Below are positions 26,920-36,546 of a DNA stretch of 64,000 bases, piece by piece. Both the position numbers and the translations under genes were made by a program. Position 1 is the stretch's first letter. Every line of letters starts with the position of its first letter. This DNA is from Planctomycetia bacterium (GTDB lineage: Bacteria > Planctomycetota > Phycisphaerae > Phycisphaerales > SM1A02). Under the pieces are notes generated by a model, which worked only from the letters and a program-made list of their open reading frames with translations, had not been told where the DNA came from and ran no database searches. Where the stretch lies: positions 16,941 through 80,940 of the forward strand of contig SXUI01000040.1 of the NCBI GenBank assembly GCA_005790605.1, read 5' to 3'.

Positions 26920-28391
26920 TGCGTTGGCTCGCGGGGATTCTGAGCCGCAAGGCGTCTGCTGCACCACAGCGGCTTTCGATTCGCGCGCGCTACGACGCCG
27001 CCGCAACGACCGACGCCAATCGCAAGCACTGGGCCAACGCCGACGGGCTTTCCGCAGATGCCGCCGCCTCACCCGAAGTGCGTCGCATTCTCCGAAATCG
27101 CGCGCGCTACGAGTCGGCCAACAATAGTTACGCCTCAGGCATCGTCTCAACGCTCGCCAACGATGTCGTCGGCACTGGCCCACGCCTGCAGGTACTCACC
27201 GATGACGCCGAAGCAAACACCGCCATCGAGCAAGCGTTCAATGCGTGGGCCAACGCCATCAACCTCGCTGACCGACTGCGCACGATGCGCATGGCACGCG
27301 CTCACTCCGGCGAGTGCTTCGCGAAACTCGCATCAAACCCCGCAATCTTCGGCCCAGTGAAGCTCGACCTCGTGCTCGTTGAAGCCGAGCGCGTCGCGAG
27401 TCTCGCATATGGAGTGATGAGCTCCACCGAAGTCGACGGCATCGTCTATGACGCCGCTGGAAATCCGCTTCGCTACCGCGTGCTACGCGAGCATCCTGGA
27501 GATCGCGCGCTCAGGCTCGCGTCGGACACGATTGATGCCTCGCAGTTCATTCACTACTTCATGCCCGCGCGGCCAGAGCAACACCGCGGCATACCCGACC
27601 TCACACCCGCCCTGCCGCTCTTCGCGCAACTGCGGCGCTATACGATCGCCGTCCTCTCGGCCGCCGAAACCGCTGCAAATTTCGCAGGAACTGTCGAAAC
27701 CGACGCGCCCGCCAACGGCGAGGCCGATCCTGTCGAACCCATGGACACAATCGAGCTTGAAGCGAACTCGCTGCTGACACTGCCCGCAGGCTGGAAGATG
27801 TCGCAGGTCAAGCCCGAACAGCCCGCGACGACCTACAGCGAGTTCAAACGCGAAATCCTCAACGAAATCGCGCGCTGCCTCAACATGCCATTCAATGTAG
27901 CCGCAGGAAACAGTTCGGGCTACAACTACGCCAGCGGTCGACTCGACCACCAGACATACTTCAAAGCCATTCGCATCGATCAGGCGCACATGAGTCGCAC
28001 AGTGCTCGACCGCGTGCTTGGTGAGTGGTTCAACGAAGCGAAGCTCACCGAGAGGCTTGTGCCCACGCGGGTGCGCGTGCTCGACTCGCTGCCGCACCAG
28101 TGGTTTTGGGATGGCACCGAGCATGTCGATCCCGCAAAGGAAGCTACTGCGCAAGCGACGCGCCTCGCGAATCACACCACGACGCTCGCGAGCGAGTTTG
28201 CCAAGCAAGGCAAGGACTGGGAAGCGGAACTGCGGCAGCGCGCGCGCGAGCTCGCGTTCATGGATGAACTCGGCATCACCGCGCTCTCGTCGGTACCTCT
28301 CAACGAGACGCCACGCGAGCGCAATGACCAGCGCGCGGATCAGGCAAGCGACGAGGACACGCATGACGAACTTGATGAATCAGACCTCTAG
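26919..28391 (+). CDS. phage portal protein (lambda gpB family)
   Basis: N-terminal 'RYDAAATTDANRKHWANADGLSADAAASPEVRRILRNRARYESANNSYASGIV' typical of lambda-family portals. Acidic C-terminus. Confidence 0.85.
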   Translation: MRWLAGILSRKASAAPQRLSIRARYDAAATTDANRKHWANADGLSADAAASPEVRRILRNRARYESANNSYASGIVSTLANDVVGTGPRLQVLTDDAEANTAIEQAFNAWANAINLADRLRTMRMARAHSGECFAKLASNPAIFGPVKLDLVLVEAERVASLAYGVMSSTEVDGIVYDAAGNPLRYRVLREHPGDRALRLASDTIDASQFIHYFMPARPEQHRGIPDLTPALPLFAQLRRYTIAVLSAAETAANFAGTVETDAPANGEADPVEPMDTIELEANSLLTLPAGWKMSQVKPEQPATTYSEFKREILNEIARCLNMPFNVAAGNSSGYNYASGRLDHQTYFKAIRIDQAHMSRTVLDRVLGEWFNEAKLTERLVPTRVRVLDSLPHQWFWDGTEHVDPAKEATAQATRLANHTTTLASEFAKQGKDWEAELRQRARELAFMDELGITALSSVPLNETPRERNDQRADQASDEDTHDELDESDL

Positions 28392-30363
28392 TTTCGTTCC
28401 CAACGCGCGCCCCGTCGCGCTTGCGATGACTACGCCAATCGAGCTGCTGTCGGCGGACGCTGCATTGAGCTCGGCGACTGCAGGTGCGAGCGATGCCGCC
28501 GCTGAAACCTCGACTCCCGTGCTGAAGCGATTCGCGATGAGCGCCTACACCGGCGGCGCCATGACACTGCGCGGCTGGCGACATGCAACCGTCATCGACC
28601 TCGCGGGCCTGGCATGGAGTTCAAAGCCGCGGCCGATCCTCAAGGACCACAATCCGTCATTGATCGTCGGCCACACCGATAGTGTCTCCGTTGTCGATGG
28701 CGTGCTGCGCGTGTCGGGCGTCGTGAGCGGCGCGGGTAGCGTCGCGCGCGAGATCATTGAAGCGGGCGTGAACGGCTTTCCTTGGCAAGCGTCGGTCGGC
28801 GCATACGCCACGGAAACTGAAGAGATCCGCAAGGGTCGCAGCGCGATTGCCAATGGCAGATCGTTTGATGGACCCGTGTCGATCGTGCGTCGGTCGGTAC
28901 TAGGAGAGATCAGTTTCGTCGCGCTTGGCGCTGACGACGCCACCGAAGCACGTATCGCGGCAGAGTCCGCAGGAAACACAGAGGAACGCACCATGACCGA
29001 ACTCGAGCAAGGAACTCACGAGCAGGTTGCTCAGGCCGCGACCCCCACCGCCGACACTACTTCGATCACCGCGCGCATGCGCGCCGAGGCCGCCGCCGAG
29101 AGCACTCGCATCGCAGCGATTCGCGCCGCGTGCGGCACGCAACACATGTCCATTGAGGCGAAGGCCATCACAGAGGGTTGGGACGAAACGCGCACTGAAC
29201 TCGAGGTGCTTCGTGCCTCGCGCCCTGTTGGTAACGCACCCGCTGCGCACATCCACTCGTCGAACGCAACTCCAGACATCATCGAAGCCGCACTCTGCAA
29301 AGCTGGCCGACTCACTGGGCTCGAGCAACACTTCCATGACAAAACGCTCGAAGCAGCCGATCGCCGCTACGGCCGCGGGATCGGTCTGCAAGAAGTGCTT
29401 CTTGAAGCCGCGTGGGCGAACGGTCACACAGGTCGCTCCATCAAGGGCGACACACGCGGTGTGCTCCAAGCCGCCTTCTCGAACCTGACGCTCCCCGGCA
29501 TCTTCTCGAATGTGGCCAACAAGTTTCTTCTGACGGGTTTCACGGCGGTCGAAGGAACCTGGCGCGAGATCAGTGCAATTCGCTCTGTGAGCGACTTCAA
29601 ACAAATCACTTCGTATCGCCTCAACGGCGCGTTCGCCTACGACGAGATCGGCCCAGCAGGCGAACTCAAGGCGGGTGATGTCAGCGAGGAGAGCTTCACC
29701 AACCAAGTGAAGACCTACGGCAAGATGTTCTCCGTCACGCGCCAAGACATCATCAACGATGACCTCGGCGCACTCACCGCGCTGCCCACGCGCATCGGTC
29801 GCGGAGCTGCGCTGAAACTGAATCAAGTGTTCTGGAGCGCATTTCTCGCCAACAGTGCGTTCTTCACCACCGCGCGTAAGAACTTCGCGTCCGGCCCGAG
29901 TTCGGCCTTCGGCATCGACGCGCTCACCGCGGCCGAACAACTGTTTCTCGACCAAACTGACACGGATGGTCAGCCGCTCGCTCTCTCACCCGCTGCGCTT
30001 CTTGTCCCCACAGCGCTCAACTCGCGCGCTGCGCAACTCATGAACTCGACCGAGATTCGTGATACCGCAGCAAGCACAAAATATCCGACCGCAAATCCGC
30101 ACGCCGGCAAATTTCGCACGCTCTACTCGGCATATCTCTCGAACGCAACGCTCACTGGCAACAGTGCAACGGCGTGGTATCTGCTGGGCAATCCCGCTGA
30201 TGTGCCGCTTGTTGAGGTTGCGTTCCTCAACGGCCGCGAAGTGCCGACGGTCGAAACAGCCGAGGCTGATTTCTCGGTGTTGGGTGTGCAGATGCGCGGC
30301 TACTTCGATTTCGGTGTGGCGCTTCAAGACTGGCGCGGCGGCGTGAAGATGGCCGGCGGCTAA
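28363..30363 (+). CDS. fused prohead protease / scaffold-like linker / HK97-fold major capsid protein
   Basis: Protease-like N-terminal domain. Ala/Glu-rich coiled linker. C-terminal block typical of phage major capsid proteins. Start overlaps the portal end. Confidence 0.7.
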   Translation: MTNLMNQTSSFVPNARPVALAMTTPIELLSADAALSSATAGASDAAAETSTPVLKRFAMSAYTGGAMTLRGWRHATVIDLAGLAWSSKPRPILKDHNPSLIVGHTDSVSVVDGVLRVSGVVSGAGSVAREIIEAGVNGFPWQASVGAYATETEEIRKGRSAIANGRSFDGPVSIVRRSVLGEISFVALGADDATEARIAAESAGNTEERTMTELEQGTHEQVAQAATPTADTTSITARMRAEAAAESTRIAAIRAACGTQHMSIEAKAITEGWDETRTELEVLRASRPVGNAPAAHIHSSNATPDIIEAALCKAGRLTGLEQHFHDKTLEAADRRYGRGIGLQEVLLEAAWANGHTGRSIKGDTRGVLQAAFSNLTLPGIFSNVANKFLLTGFTAVEGTWREISAIRSVSDFKQITSYRLNGAFAYDEIGPAGELKAGDVSEESFTNQVKTYGKMFSVTRQDIINDDLGALTALPTRIGRGAALKLNQVFWSAFLANSAFFTTARKNFASGPSSAFGIDALTAAEQLFLDQTDTDGQPLALSPAALLVPTALNSRAAQLMNSTEIRDTAASTKYPTANPHAGKFRTLYSAYLSNATLTGNSATAWYLLGNPADVPLVEVAFLNGREVPTVETAEADFSVLGVQMRGYFDFGVALQDWRGGVKMAGG

Positions 30364-30402
30364 GCGCTGCACGAAGGAAACACCTCACAGGAGATTCAAC
30401 TC

Positions 30403-30732
30403 ATGGCAACATTTGTGCAAAACGGAAAGTATGTCGATTACACGCCCACTGCGGCGCTGACTGCGGGAGCAGTCATTGTGCAGGCGGATCTCATTGGAGT
30501 CGCTGTGCGCGACATTCCTGCAAACACGCTCGGCGTGCTCGCGGTCGAGGGAGTGTTCAACTTCCCGAAGGCGACCGGAGCAAGCACTGCAATCGCAGTC
30601 GGCACTTCCGTGTATTGGGCGAGCGGCACCTCCACGGCGACCGCGACAGCTTCAGGCAACAAGCTCATCGGCAAAGTTGTGCGCGCCGCTGCGGACGCTG
30701 ACGCAACCGCGCTCGTCAAGCTTTTCCAGTGA
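30403..30732 (+). CDS. DUF2190-family head protein (decoration/cement-like)
   Basis: Gly/Val/Ala-rich beta pattern 'LTAGAVIVQADLIGVAVRDI...GVLAVEGVFNFPK...GTSVYW' typical of DUF2190. Confidence 0.55.
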   Translation: MATFVQNGKYVDYTPTAALTAGAVIVQADLIGVAVRDIPANTLGVLAVEGVFNFPKATGASTAIAVGTSVYWASGTSTATATASGNKLIGKVVRAAADADATALVKLFQ

Positions 30733-30751
30733 GGTCCATGTGCCCGACCTC

Positions 30752-31126
30752 ATGGCTCGCGCTGCGGAGTTTATCGCCGCAAAACTCGGTGCAGAGATGT
30801 CGCGCACAGTGACCTATTCGCGAGGGAGTGACACCATCGCGTTGTCAGCAACGGTTGGGCGCAGTTCATTCGATGTCGACGATGGACACGGCATGCTGCG
30901 CTACCAAACGCGCGACTACATCGTGCGCGCGGACGCACTCATTCTCGCGGGCATCGCGACGCTTCCTCGACGAGGTGATCGGATCACCGAGTCGACTCGA
31001 TCTGGCGAAGTAACCGCTGAAGTGGTGTCAATCAGTGGGAGTCCCGAGTGGCGGCCGTGCGATTCCTCGCGCGTGCTCATCCGCATTCACACGAAGCTGT
31101 CCAGCACGATGGAAGTCTCCGCATGA
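30752..31126 (+). CDS. putative head-tail adaptor/connector protein
   Basis: 125 aa at the position expected for a head-completion protein. A GTG at 30740 is an alternative start. Confidence 0.35.
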   Translation: MARAAEFIAAKLGAEMSRTVTYSRGSDTIALSATVGRSSFDVDDGHGMLRYQTRDYIVRADALILAGIATLPRRGDRITESTRSGEVTAEVVSISGSPEWRPCDSSRVLIRIHTKLSSTMEVSA

Positions 31127-31431
31127 CCACCGACGCGCAGAACACGCGCTCCTTCGCCACCATCCTCGGCCTCGCGCAACTCGCGGCGATTCTGCTGCAG
31201 TTCGCAGGACTTCTATGGATGGGCGGCCGCTGGAGCGCTCAGATGTCTGCGGTTGGAGAGCGCGTCACAGAGCTGCGGCAGATTGTCGGCGAACTCGCCA
31301 AGAGCCAAGCGCAAGGCGCGATCATCGACGCCTCGCAGGGCGCGCGGCTCGAGACGCTCGCGAAGCGACTCGATGAGATCGTTGCGCGGCTCGATAGGTT
31401 TGACATCGATCGACGCGAAGGGAGGCAATAG
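31123..31431 (+). CDS. small membrane/coiled-coil protein
   Basis: One TM helix (FATILGLAQLAAILLQFAGLLWMGG) followed by a coiled coil. Confidence 0.35.
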   Translation: MTTDAQNTRSFATILGLAQLAAILLQFAGLLWMGGRWSAQMSAVGERVTELRQIVGELAKSQAQGAIIDASQGARLETLAKRLDEIVARLDRFDIDRREGRQ

Positions 31432-31433
31432 CC

Positions 31434-31862
31434 GTGGGCATCACCGCAACTGCCGACAGCATTGTCGCTGCACTCGACGCCGCCGACCTTGGTGAACCGA
31501 AATCGGTCGTGCGCGCGTTTCTCCCCTACCGCGACCGCGACCAACTCTCGTCGCTGACGCTCACCGTCATGCCACGCGGAATCGAGCGCACGCTCTCCAC
31601 GCGCAGCGGCGTGCATCAAGTCGATCACCTCGTCGAAGTGGCGGTGCAGAAGAAAGTCGATGGTGCCGACGAGAGCGCGTTTGCTGCGGGCGTTGCAGTA
31701 GTCGAAGCGGCGACAGACCTACTTGCGGGTCTACGCCTCGCGGGAACTCCCGCGTGGAGTTGTGTCGAGACACGCATCGACCCACTCATGAGTGAAGAGC
31801 ACGCCGCAAACCTCCGCGTCTTTACGAGCGTCGTGCACGCGAGGCTTCGCAGCCACGCGTGA
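31434..31862 (+). CDS. hypothetical phage head-tail joining protein
   Basis: 142-aa ORF with a GTG start, between connector-like genes and the major tail gene. Confidence 0.35.
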   Translation: MGITATADSIVAALDAADLGEPKSVVRAFLPYRDRDQLSSLTLTVMPRGIERTLSTRSGVHQVDHLVEVAVQKKVDGADESAFAAGVAVVEAATDLLAGLRLAGTPAWSCVETRIDPLMSEEHAANLRVFTSVVHARLRSHA

Positions 31863-31901
31863 GCCAGCACCTCTGTCGGTACTCACGAAGGAACACACTC
31901 C

Positions 31902-32327
31902 ATGGCCTACAAACTCGGAATGGAAGCCGTCCTCAAATACGGCACTGCGGGAACCACCGCAAACACTGCACTCACGAGCGTGCGCAATGTCACGCTCAAC
32001 CTTGAGAAGGGAGAAGCGGATGTCACCACCCGCGGCAACGGTGGTTGGAAGGCAACCGTCGCGACCCTCAAGGATGCGAGCGTCGAGTTTGAGATGGTGT
32101 GGGACACGGCCGATGCGGGTTTCACCGCCATCAAGAACAGTTACTTCAACAACACAGCGATCTCGCTGTTGATTCTCGACGCCGCAACGGGCGGCCAAGG
32201 GCTCGACGCGGACTTCATGGTGACGAAGTTCACGCGCGAGGAGCCGCTCGATGAGGCGATTGTTGTGAAGGTCACCGCGAAGCCAACGCTCTCGACTCGA
32301 TCGCCCACATGGCACTCGGGTAGCTGA
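31902..32327 (+). CDS. major tail (tube) protein
   Basis: 141 aa, Thr/Ala-rich beta-sandwich-like sequence. Directly upstream of the chaperone pair. Confidence 0.55.
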   Translation: MAYKLGMEAVLKYGTAGTTANTALTSVRNVTLNLEKGEADVTTRGNGGWKATVATLKDASVEFEMVWDTADAGFTAIKNSYFNNTAISLLILDAATGGQGLDADFMVTKFTREEPLDEAIVVKVTAKPTLSTRSPTWHSGS

Positions 32328-32353
32328 GCAACAAGAAACGAACGAGGAAATCT

Positions 32354-32881
32354 ATGCACACCTTCCGTGACAACGCAGGACGCTCGTGGGAAGTCGCCGT
32401 CGATGTCGCCGCCATCAAGCGCGTGCGATCACTCCTTGGCATCGATCTGCTTGGCGTCCTCGACGGAGGCCAACGGAACGACTCCCCGACCAAGGGCTTC
32501 GATCCCATCACGCGCGATCCAGTGATCTTTGTCGATGTGCTCTATGTGCTCTGCAAGCTTGAGGCCGATCGCATCGGCGTGACGGACGAAGAGTTCGGTC
32601 GCGCTCTTGGCGGTGATGCACTGCGCGAGGCGACAGACGCATTTACTGAGGCTTTCATTTCTTTTTGCCCGAACCCGAGAGATCGCACGAGGATGAGGCG
32701 AGCGGTCGAGCACATGTCGACGCTGTTGGAGCACGCGCGAGTCACGCTGGACAACACTCTCGAACAACGGATCGAACAAGTGGTGAACTCCCATCTCGCC
32801 GCGCGTGGCGACTCATCTGGCAACTCGCTGGAGCCGTCGGAATTGACCCGCACCACTTCACGCTGCGAGAACTCTGCCTGA
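32354..32881 (+). CDS. tail assembly chaperone (gpG-like)
   Basis: Acidic 175-aa ORF after the major tail gene. A -1-frame ORF overlaps its 3' part. Confidence 0.5.
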   Translation: MHTFRDNAGRSWEVAVDVAAIKRVRSLLGIDLLGVLDGGQRNDSPTKGFDPITRDPVIFVDVLYVLCKLEADRIGVTDEEFGRALGGDALREATDAFTEAFISFCPNPRDRTRMRRAVEHMSTLLEHARVTLDNTLEQRIEQVVNSHLAARGDSSGNSLEPSELTRTTSRCENSA

Positions 32882-33087
32882 TGAGCGAGGGCCGCGCGCG
32901 AGAGGAGTGGAACCACACTGCCGCGCTCTTGGCCATGCTCGCCAACGCGCACCGCGATCACCGCCAGAAGAGCGAACCGTTTGGCATCGATGACTTCCAC
33001 CCATTTCGCGCGCCGCGCCAAAGCGAACCGCTCAAAGTTGACATCACCGTCCTGCGAGACGTTATTGTGAAAGAGCATGAACGATGA
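32665..33087 (+). CDS. -1 frame extension of the tail assembly chaperone (gpGT-like; candidate programmed frameshift product)
   Basis: ORF in the -1 frame relative to 32354-32881, lacking its own RBS. A T5 run lies at 32662-32666. Confidence 0.4.
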   Translation: MPEPERSHEDEASGRAHVDAVGARASHAGQHSRTTDRTSGELPSRRAWRLIWQLAGAVGIDPHHFTLRELCLMSEGRAREEWNHTAALLAMLANAHRDHRQKSEPFGIDDFHPFRAPRQSEPLKVDITVLRDVIVKEHER

Positions 33088-33638
33088 AAGCGAATCTCAA
33101 CAGCCTCACACTCGCACTCAAAGCGAACCCCGCGCTCGCTGCTTCGCTTGCCGCGCTCGTGCTCGCGTGCGTCGCGCTCGCAGCCGCGCAGGGTTGTGAC
33201 TTGCGCCACCTCGTCAAGGTCGACGCGCCACGGGATCTCCTTACAGCAGTCGACACACCCGATCCCGCAGAGGGCATCACACTTGCCGAGGCCGAAGCCG
33301 TGTGGACCGACTGGACCGCGTGGGTCAACGACCGCTCGACGCGCTTTCGCCGCGCAGTCGACGACGCAGAGGGTCGCTACGCAGCACTGGAATCGCTCGT
33401 AAACCTCGGCCTCGATGCCGCAAACACAGCAGCACCAGCCATCCCCGGTGGCGCGTTCCTCGTCGGCGGACTCTCGCTGCTCACAGGCCTCTTGCTCAAG
33501 CGACCCGGCGAGGACAAGCGCGTGTTTGCGGAGAAGAAGAACTCGTACAACGCAGGCCTCGAGGAAGGGAAGCGAGTAGTGCTTGACGCGATCAGGCCAG
33601 CTGCCACGTCTCCCAGGCAGTCATCCCCAACCGCGTGA
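33084..33638 (+). CDS. hypothetical secreted/membrane-anchored protein
   Basis: Signal/TM segment (LAASLAALVLACVALAAAQGC), Ala-rich, second hydrophobic segment. Confidence 0.4.
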   Translation: MKANLNSLTLALKANPALAASLAALVLACVALAAAQGCDLRHLVKVDAPRDLLTAVDTPDPAEGITLAEAEAVWTDWTAWVNDRSTRFRRAVDDAEGRYAALESLVNLGLDAANTAAPAIPGGAFLVGGLSLLTGLLLKRPGEDKRVFAEKKNSYNAGLEEGKRVVLDAIRPAATSPRQSSPTA

Positions 33639-33666
33639 ACGCGGTCGGTACCTCTCGGAGATCCGC

Positions 33667-34014
33667 ATGCCCGTGATGGTCGACAGCGAGGGCAAGTATG
33701 TGTCATTCACTGCTACGACGCCCATCACCGCGGGCGCGATCGTCGTGCTTGGCGAACTCGTCGGCGTTGCGCCGCTCAGCATTGCTGCAAACGGCGTCGG
33801 CCAGATCGCGGTGCGCGGGATCGTGCGCGTGCCGAAGCCTTCGAACACCAACATCGTCGCAGGCACCAAGCTTTGGTGGGACATCCTCGCGGGAACTGTT
33901 GTTCTCGTGCCATTCACTGACGAGTTCGGCATCGTCACTACTCCGTATCTCGGCAAGACCATCGAAGGCTCCGCGAAGGCAGCCACCACGGTTCGGGTTC
34001 GGCTCTCTCAGTAG
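33667..34014 (+). CDS. DUF2190-family protein, paralogue of 30403-30732
   Basis: Alignable with the first copy ('GKYVSFTATTPITAGAIVVLGELVGVA...GTKLWW'). Confidence 0.55.
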   Translation: MPVMVDSEGKYVSFTATTPITAGAIVVLGELVGVAPLSIAANGVGQIAVRGIVRVPKPSNTNIVAGTKLWWDILAGTVVLVPFTDEFGIVTTPYLGKTIEGSAKAATTVRVRLSQ

Positions 34015-34024
34015 CAAGGCGCTC

Positions 34025-34636
34025 ATGTTCACACTCACGGTTGACAGCTTCAAAGACACATTCTTCGATCGCGATCGAGTGCAACGCGCTGCTGACGCGG
34101 CGAAGTTCGCTTCGCTCAAGAGAAGCGGCGCTTCGATTCGCCTCATCGCTCGGCGCTCGATCCGTCGGCGCAAGAAACCCTCCACTCCTGGCCAACCTCC
34201 CTCGTCGCGCAAAGGTCAACTCAAGGAACTTCTGTTCTTCGGCTACGACGAGCGAGCGCGCTCGGTCGTTGTCGGTCCTGCGCGACTCAGTCGCCCCACT
34301 GGCGCTCCCAACATCCTTGAGTTTGGCGGCAGTGCAAAGGCCACTGATCGAAGGCGAGTGCGGCGCATTGGTGACGGCGGTGAGATGCGCGTGTCCGACT
34401 CTGCGATGCAAGGAAGGACCGTGAAGCGCGCGTACGCAGACGCGGGTTCGCATGTCGCGTACGCCACCGTGCGTACCGCGCGTCAAGCCGCGCACGCTAC
34501 TCGTCTCAACGACGAGCTCTATCGCCCAAACCCCGCAACCGCGCGCATCGCGGCGCGCCCCTACATGAGTCCTGCACTGACTGCAGCGCTTCCGCAACTC
34601 CCGCGACATTGGGCCCGTTCAGTCAACGGAGGATGA
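34025..34636 (+). CDS. hypothetical Arg-rich phage structural/morphogenesis protein
   Basis: 203 aa. Its stop overlaps the tape measure ATG (TGAATG). Confidence 0.4.
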   Translation: MFTLTVDSFKDTFFDRDRVQRAADAAKFASLKRSGASIRLIARRSIRRRKKPSTPGQPPSSRKGQLKELLFFGYDERARSVVVGPARLSRPTGAPNILEFGGSAKATDRRRVRRIGDGGEMRVSDSAMQGRTVKRAYADAGSHVAYATVRTARQAAHATRLNDELYRPNPATARIAARPYMSPALTAALPQLPRHWARSVNGG

Positions 34637-36526
34637 ATGGCAACAAGCGGTGCATCCGGAATCCGCGCTGGCCGCGCATATGTCGAGCTCGGAGCCAACG
34701 ACACGCTCTCTGCTGCGCTCGACCACGCGAAGAAGCAGCTCACAGAGTTCGGCGACGCAGCACGCGCCGTCGGCGGTGGCATCCAGACCGCGGGCCTTGC
34801 CATCATGGCTGCAGGCACGGCGATCGTCGGATCACTCGCGGCTGCTGGACTCACCTTCGCCAAAGTGGGCAGCGAACTCCATGATCTCTCGCAAAGATCT
34901 GGCGTCTCGGTTGAAGCGCTCAGCGAGTTGCGCTTTGTCTTTGGTCAAACCGGCGTAGAGGCGGCTGATCTTGAAACAGCAATCAAGAAGTTGCAGAAGG
35001 CCGTGGTCGAAGCTGCGAAGGGATCGAAGGGCGCGAACGAACTCATTACTCGACTCGGCCTCTCTGTGGCCGACCTCGCGGCAATGACGCCCGAAGCGAT
35101 GCTCTCAGCATTCGCTGCTGCTCTCGCTGCAGTCTCAAATCCATCCGAGCGCGCAGCGCTTGCCATGGAGCTCTTCGGCAAATCCGGCACGAAGCTTCTT
35201 CCAGTACTTGCGCAAGGCGCTGAAGGCCTCGCTCGCATGCGCGCGTATGCGCGTGATCTCGGGCTCACCGTTTCAACCGACGCAGCACAAGCCGCGGACG
35301 CGCTCGATGATGCGATCGGCGAACTCACTTCCACACTGCGCATTCTCGTTTTCGAAGTTGGCGCTGCGCTCGCTCCGATCTTTCTCGAGATTGTGACTGT
35401 CCTGCGCGGCGTCGCAAGCGCAACGATCGAGTGGGTGCGCAGCAACCGCGATGCCATCGTGACGGCGCTCGCCGTGGGAGCAGCGCTTGTTGGCATTGGC
35501 GCTGTACTCGCGAGTATCGGCGGCGGACTCATCGCGCTTGGTGCAACGATCACTGGCACAGCAACGCTGCTTGGATTTCTCTCGACTGCGTGGAGTCTTG
35601 TCACCGCGACCGCTACTGCAGCATGGACCGCGATGACTGGCCCAGTCGCGCTCACGCTCGCCGCTGTGCTCGCCATTGGAACGGCGCTCATGTATGTCAC
35701 TGGCGCGCTCGGAGCAGTGGCCGACTACTTCAGCCAGGTTTTCACGGCGCTTGCGAACGAATTGACGGCCACATGGGGCGGCGTACGCGACGCGCTTGCT
35801 GCGGGCGACCTCGCGCTCGCTGGTGAGATCGCACTCCAAGGTCTCAAGGTCGTGTGGATTCGGATCCTCAACGAAATCAAGAGTATTTGGCACACCTGGG
35901 TCTACGACCTCGCGGGCGCGTTTACGGTCATTGAGATCACCGCGCGCGAGATCTTCGAAGCGATCGTCGACTCGATCGTGAGCGGCGTCATCGCCATCGT
36001 GCAGGCGCTCGCGGAAGTGACCGGGATTGGCGACGAAGCTGCGCGTCGACTCCAGGAGGATTACAACCGTCAAGCTGCCACCGACAACGCCGCGCGCGAA
36101 CAGGAGTTGATGGATCGGATCGCTGCACTCGAGCACGAGCGATCGTCTGTCACGAGCGCCAACCAAGCAGAGCTCGACGCAGCGCGAGCCGCGCTTGACC
36201 GCCTGCGCAAAGAAGCCGCCGACGCACGGCGCGCGGTCGACGCTCGACGCGCGAATCCGCCTCTGATTGAGCCGCCTGAGTCTGAACCGATCGAACTGAC
36301 GATCAACGAGCCAAAGATCGAAGCGATCAAAGCCGCCAGCGCACAGGTCGAGCGCGTCGAGCAGTCGTTTCGCACCGCAGGCACATTCAACTTCGCGGCA
36401 GCAGCTGGACTCCTTGGCCCGTCGGAACAGGTGCAGCAGAAGATCGCAAACGCCACGCAGGCGACCGCAAGGAACACCCGCAGCATCCTCGACGCGATCA
36501 AAGGCGGCGGCCTTCTGTGGAGTTGA
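34637..36526 (+). CDS. tail tape measure protein
   Basis: N-terminal TMP-like Ala-rich region (LSELRFVFGQTGVEAADLETAIKKLQKAV). Central TM-like stretch. C-terminal coiled coil. RBS GGAGG. Confidence 0.75.
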   Translation: MATSGASGIRAGRAYVELGANDTLSAALDHAKKQLTEFGDAARAVGGGIQTAGLAIMAAGTAIVGSLAAAGLTFAKVGSELHDLSQRSGVSVEALSELRFVFGQTGVEAADLETAIKKLQKAVVEAAKGSKGANELITRLGLSVADLAAMTPEAMLSAFAAALAAVSNPSERAALAMELFGKSGTKLLPVLAQGAEGLARMRAYARDLGLTVSTDAAQAADALDDAIGELTSTLRILVFEVGAALAPIFLEIVTVLRGVASATIEWVRSNRDAIVTALAVGAALVGIGAVLASIGGGLIALGATITGTATLLGFLSTAWSLVTATATAAWTAMTGPVALTLAAVLAIGTALMYVTGALGAVADYFSQVFTALANELTATWGGVRDALAAGDLALAGEIALQGLKVVWIRILNEIKSIWHTWVYDLAGAFTVIEITAREIFEAIVDSIVSGVIAIVQALAEVTGIGDEAARRLQEDYNRQAATDNAAREQELMDRIAALEHERSSVTSANQAELDAARAALDRLRKEAADARRAVDARRANPPLIEPPESEPIELTINEPKIEAIKAASAQVERVEQSFRTAGTFNFAAAAGLLGPSEQVQQKIANATQATARNTRSILDAIKGGGLLWS

Positions 36527-36546
36527 AGCTCGTTTGGAGTTGACGC

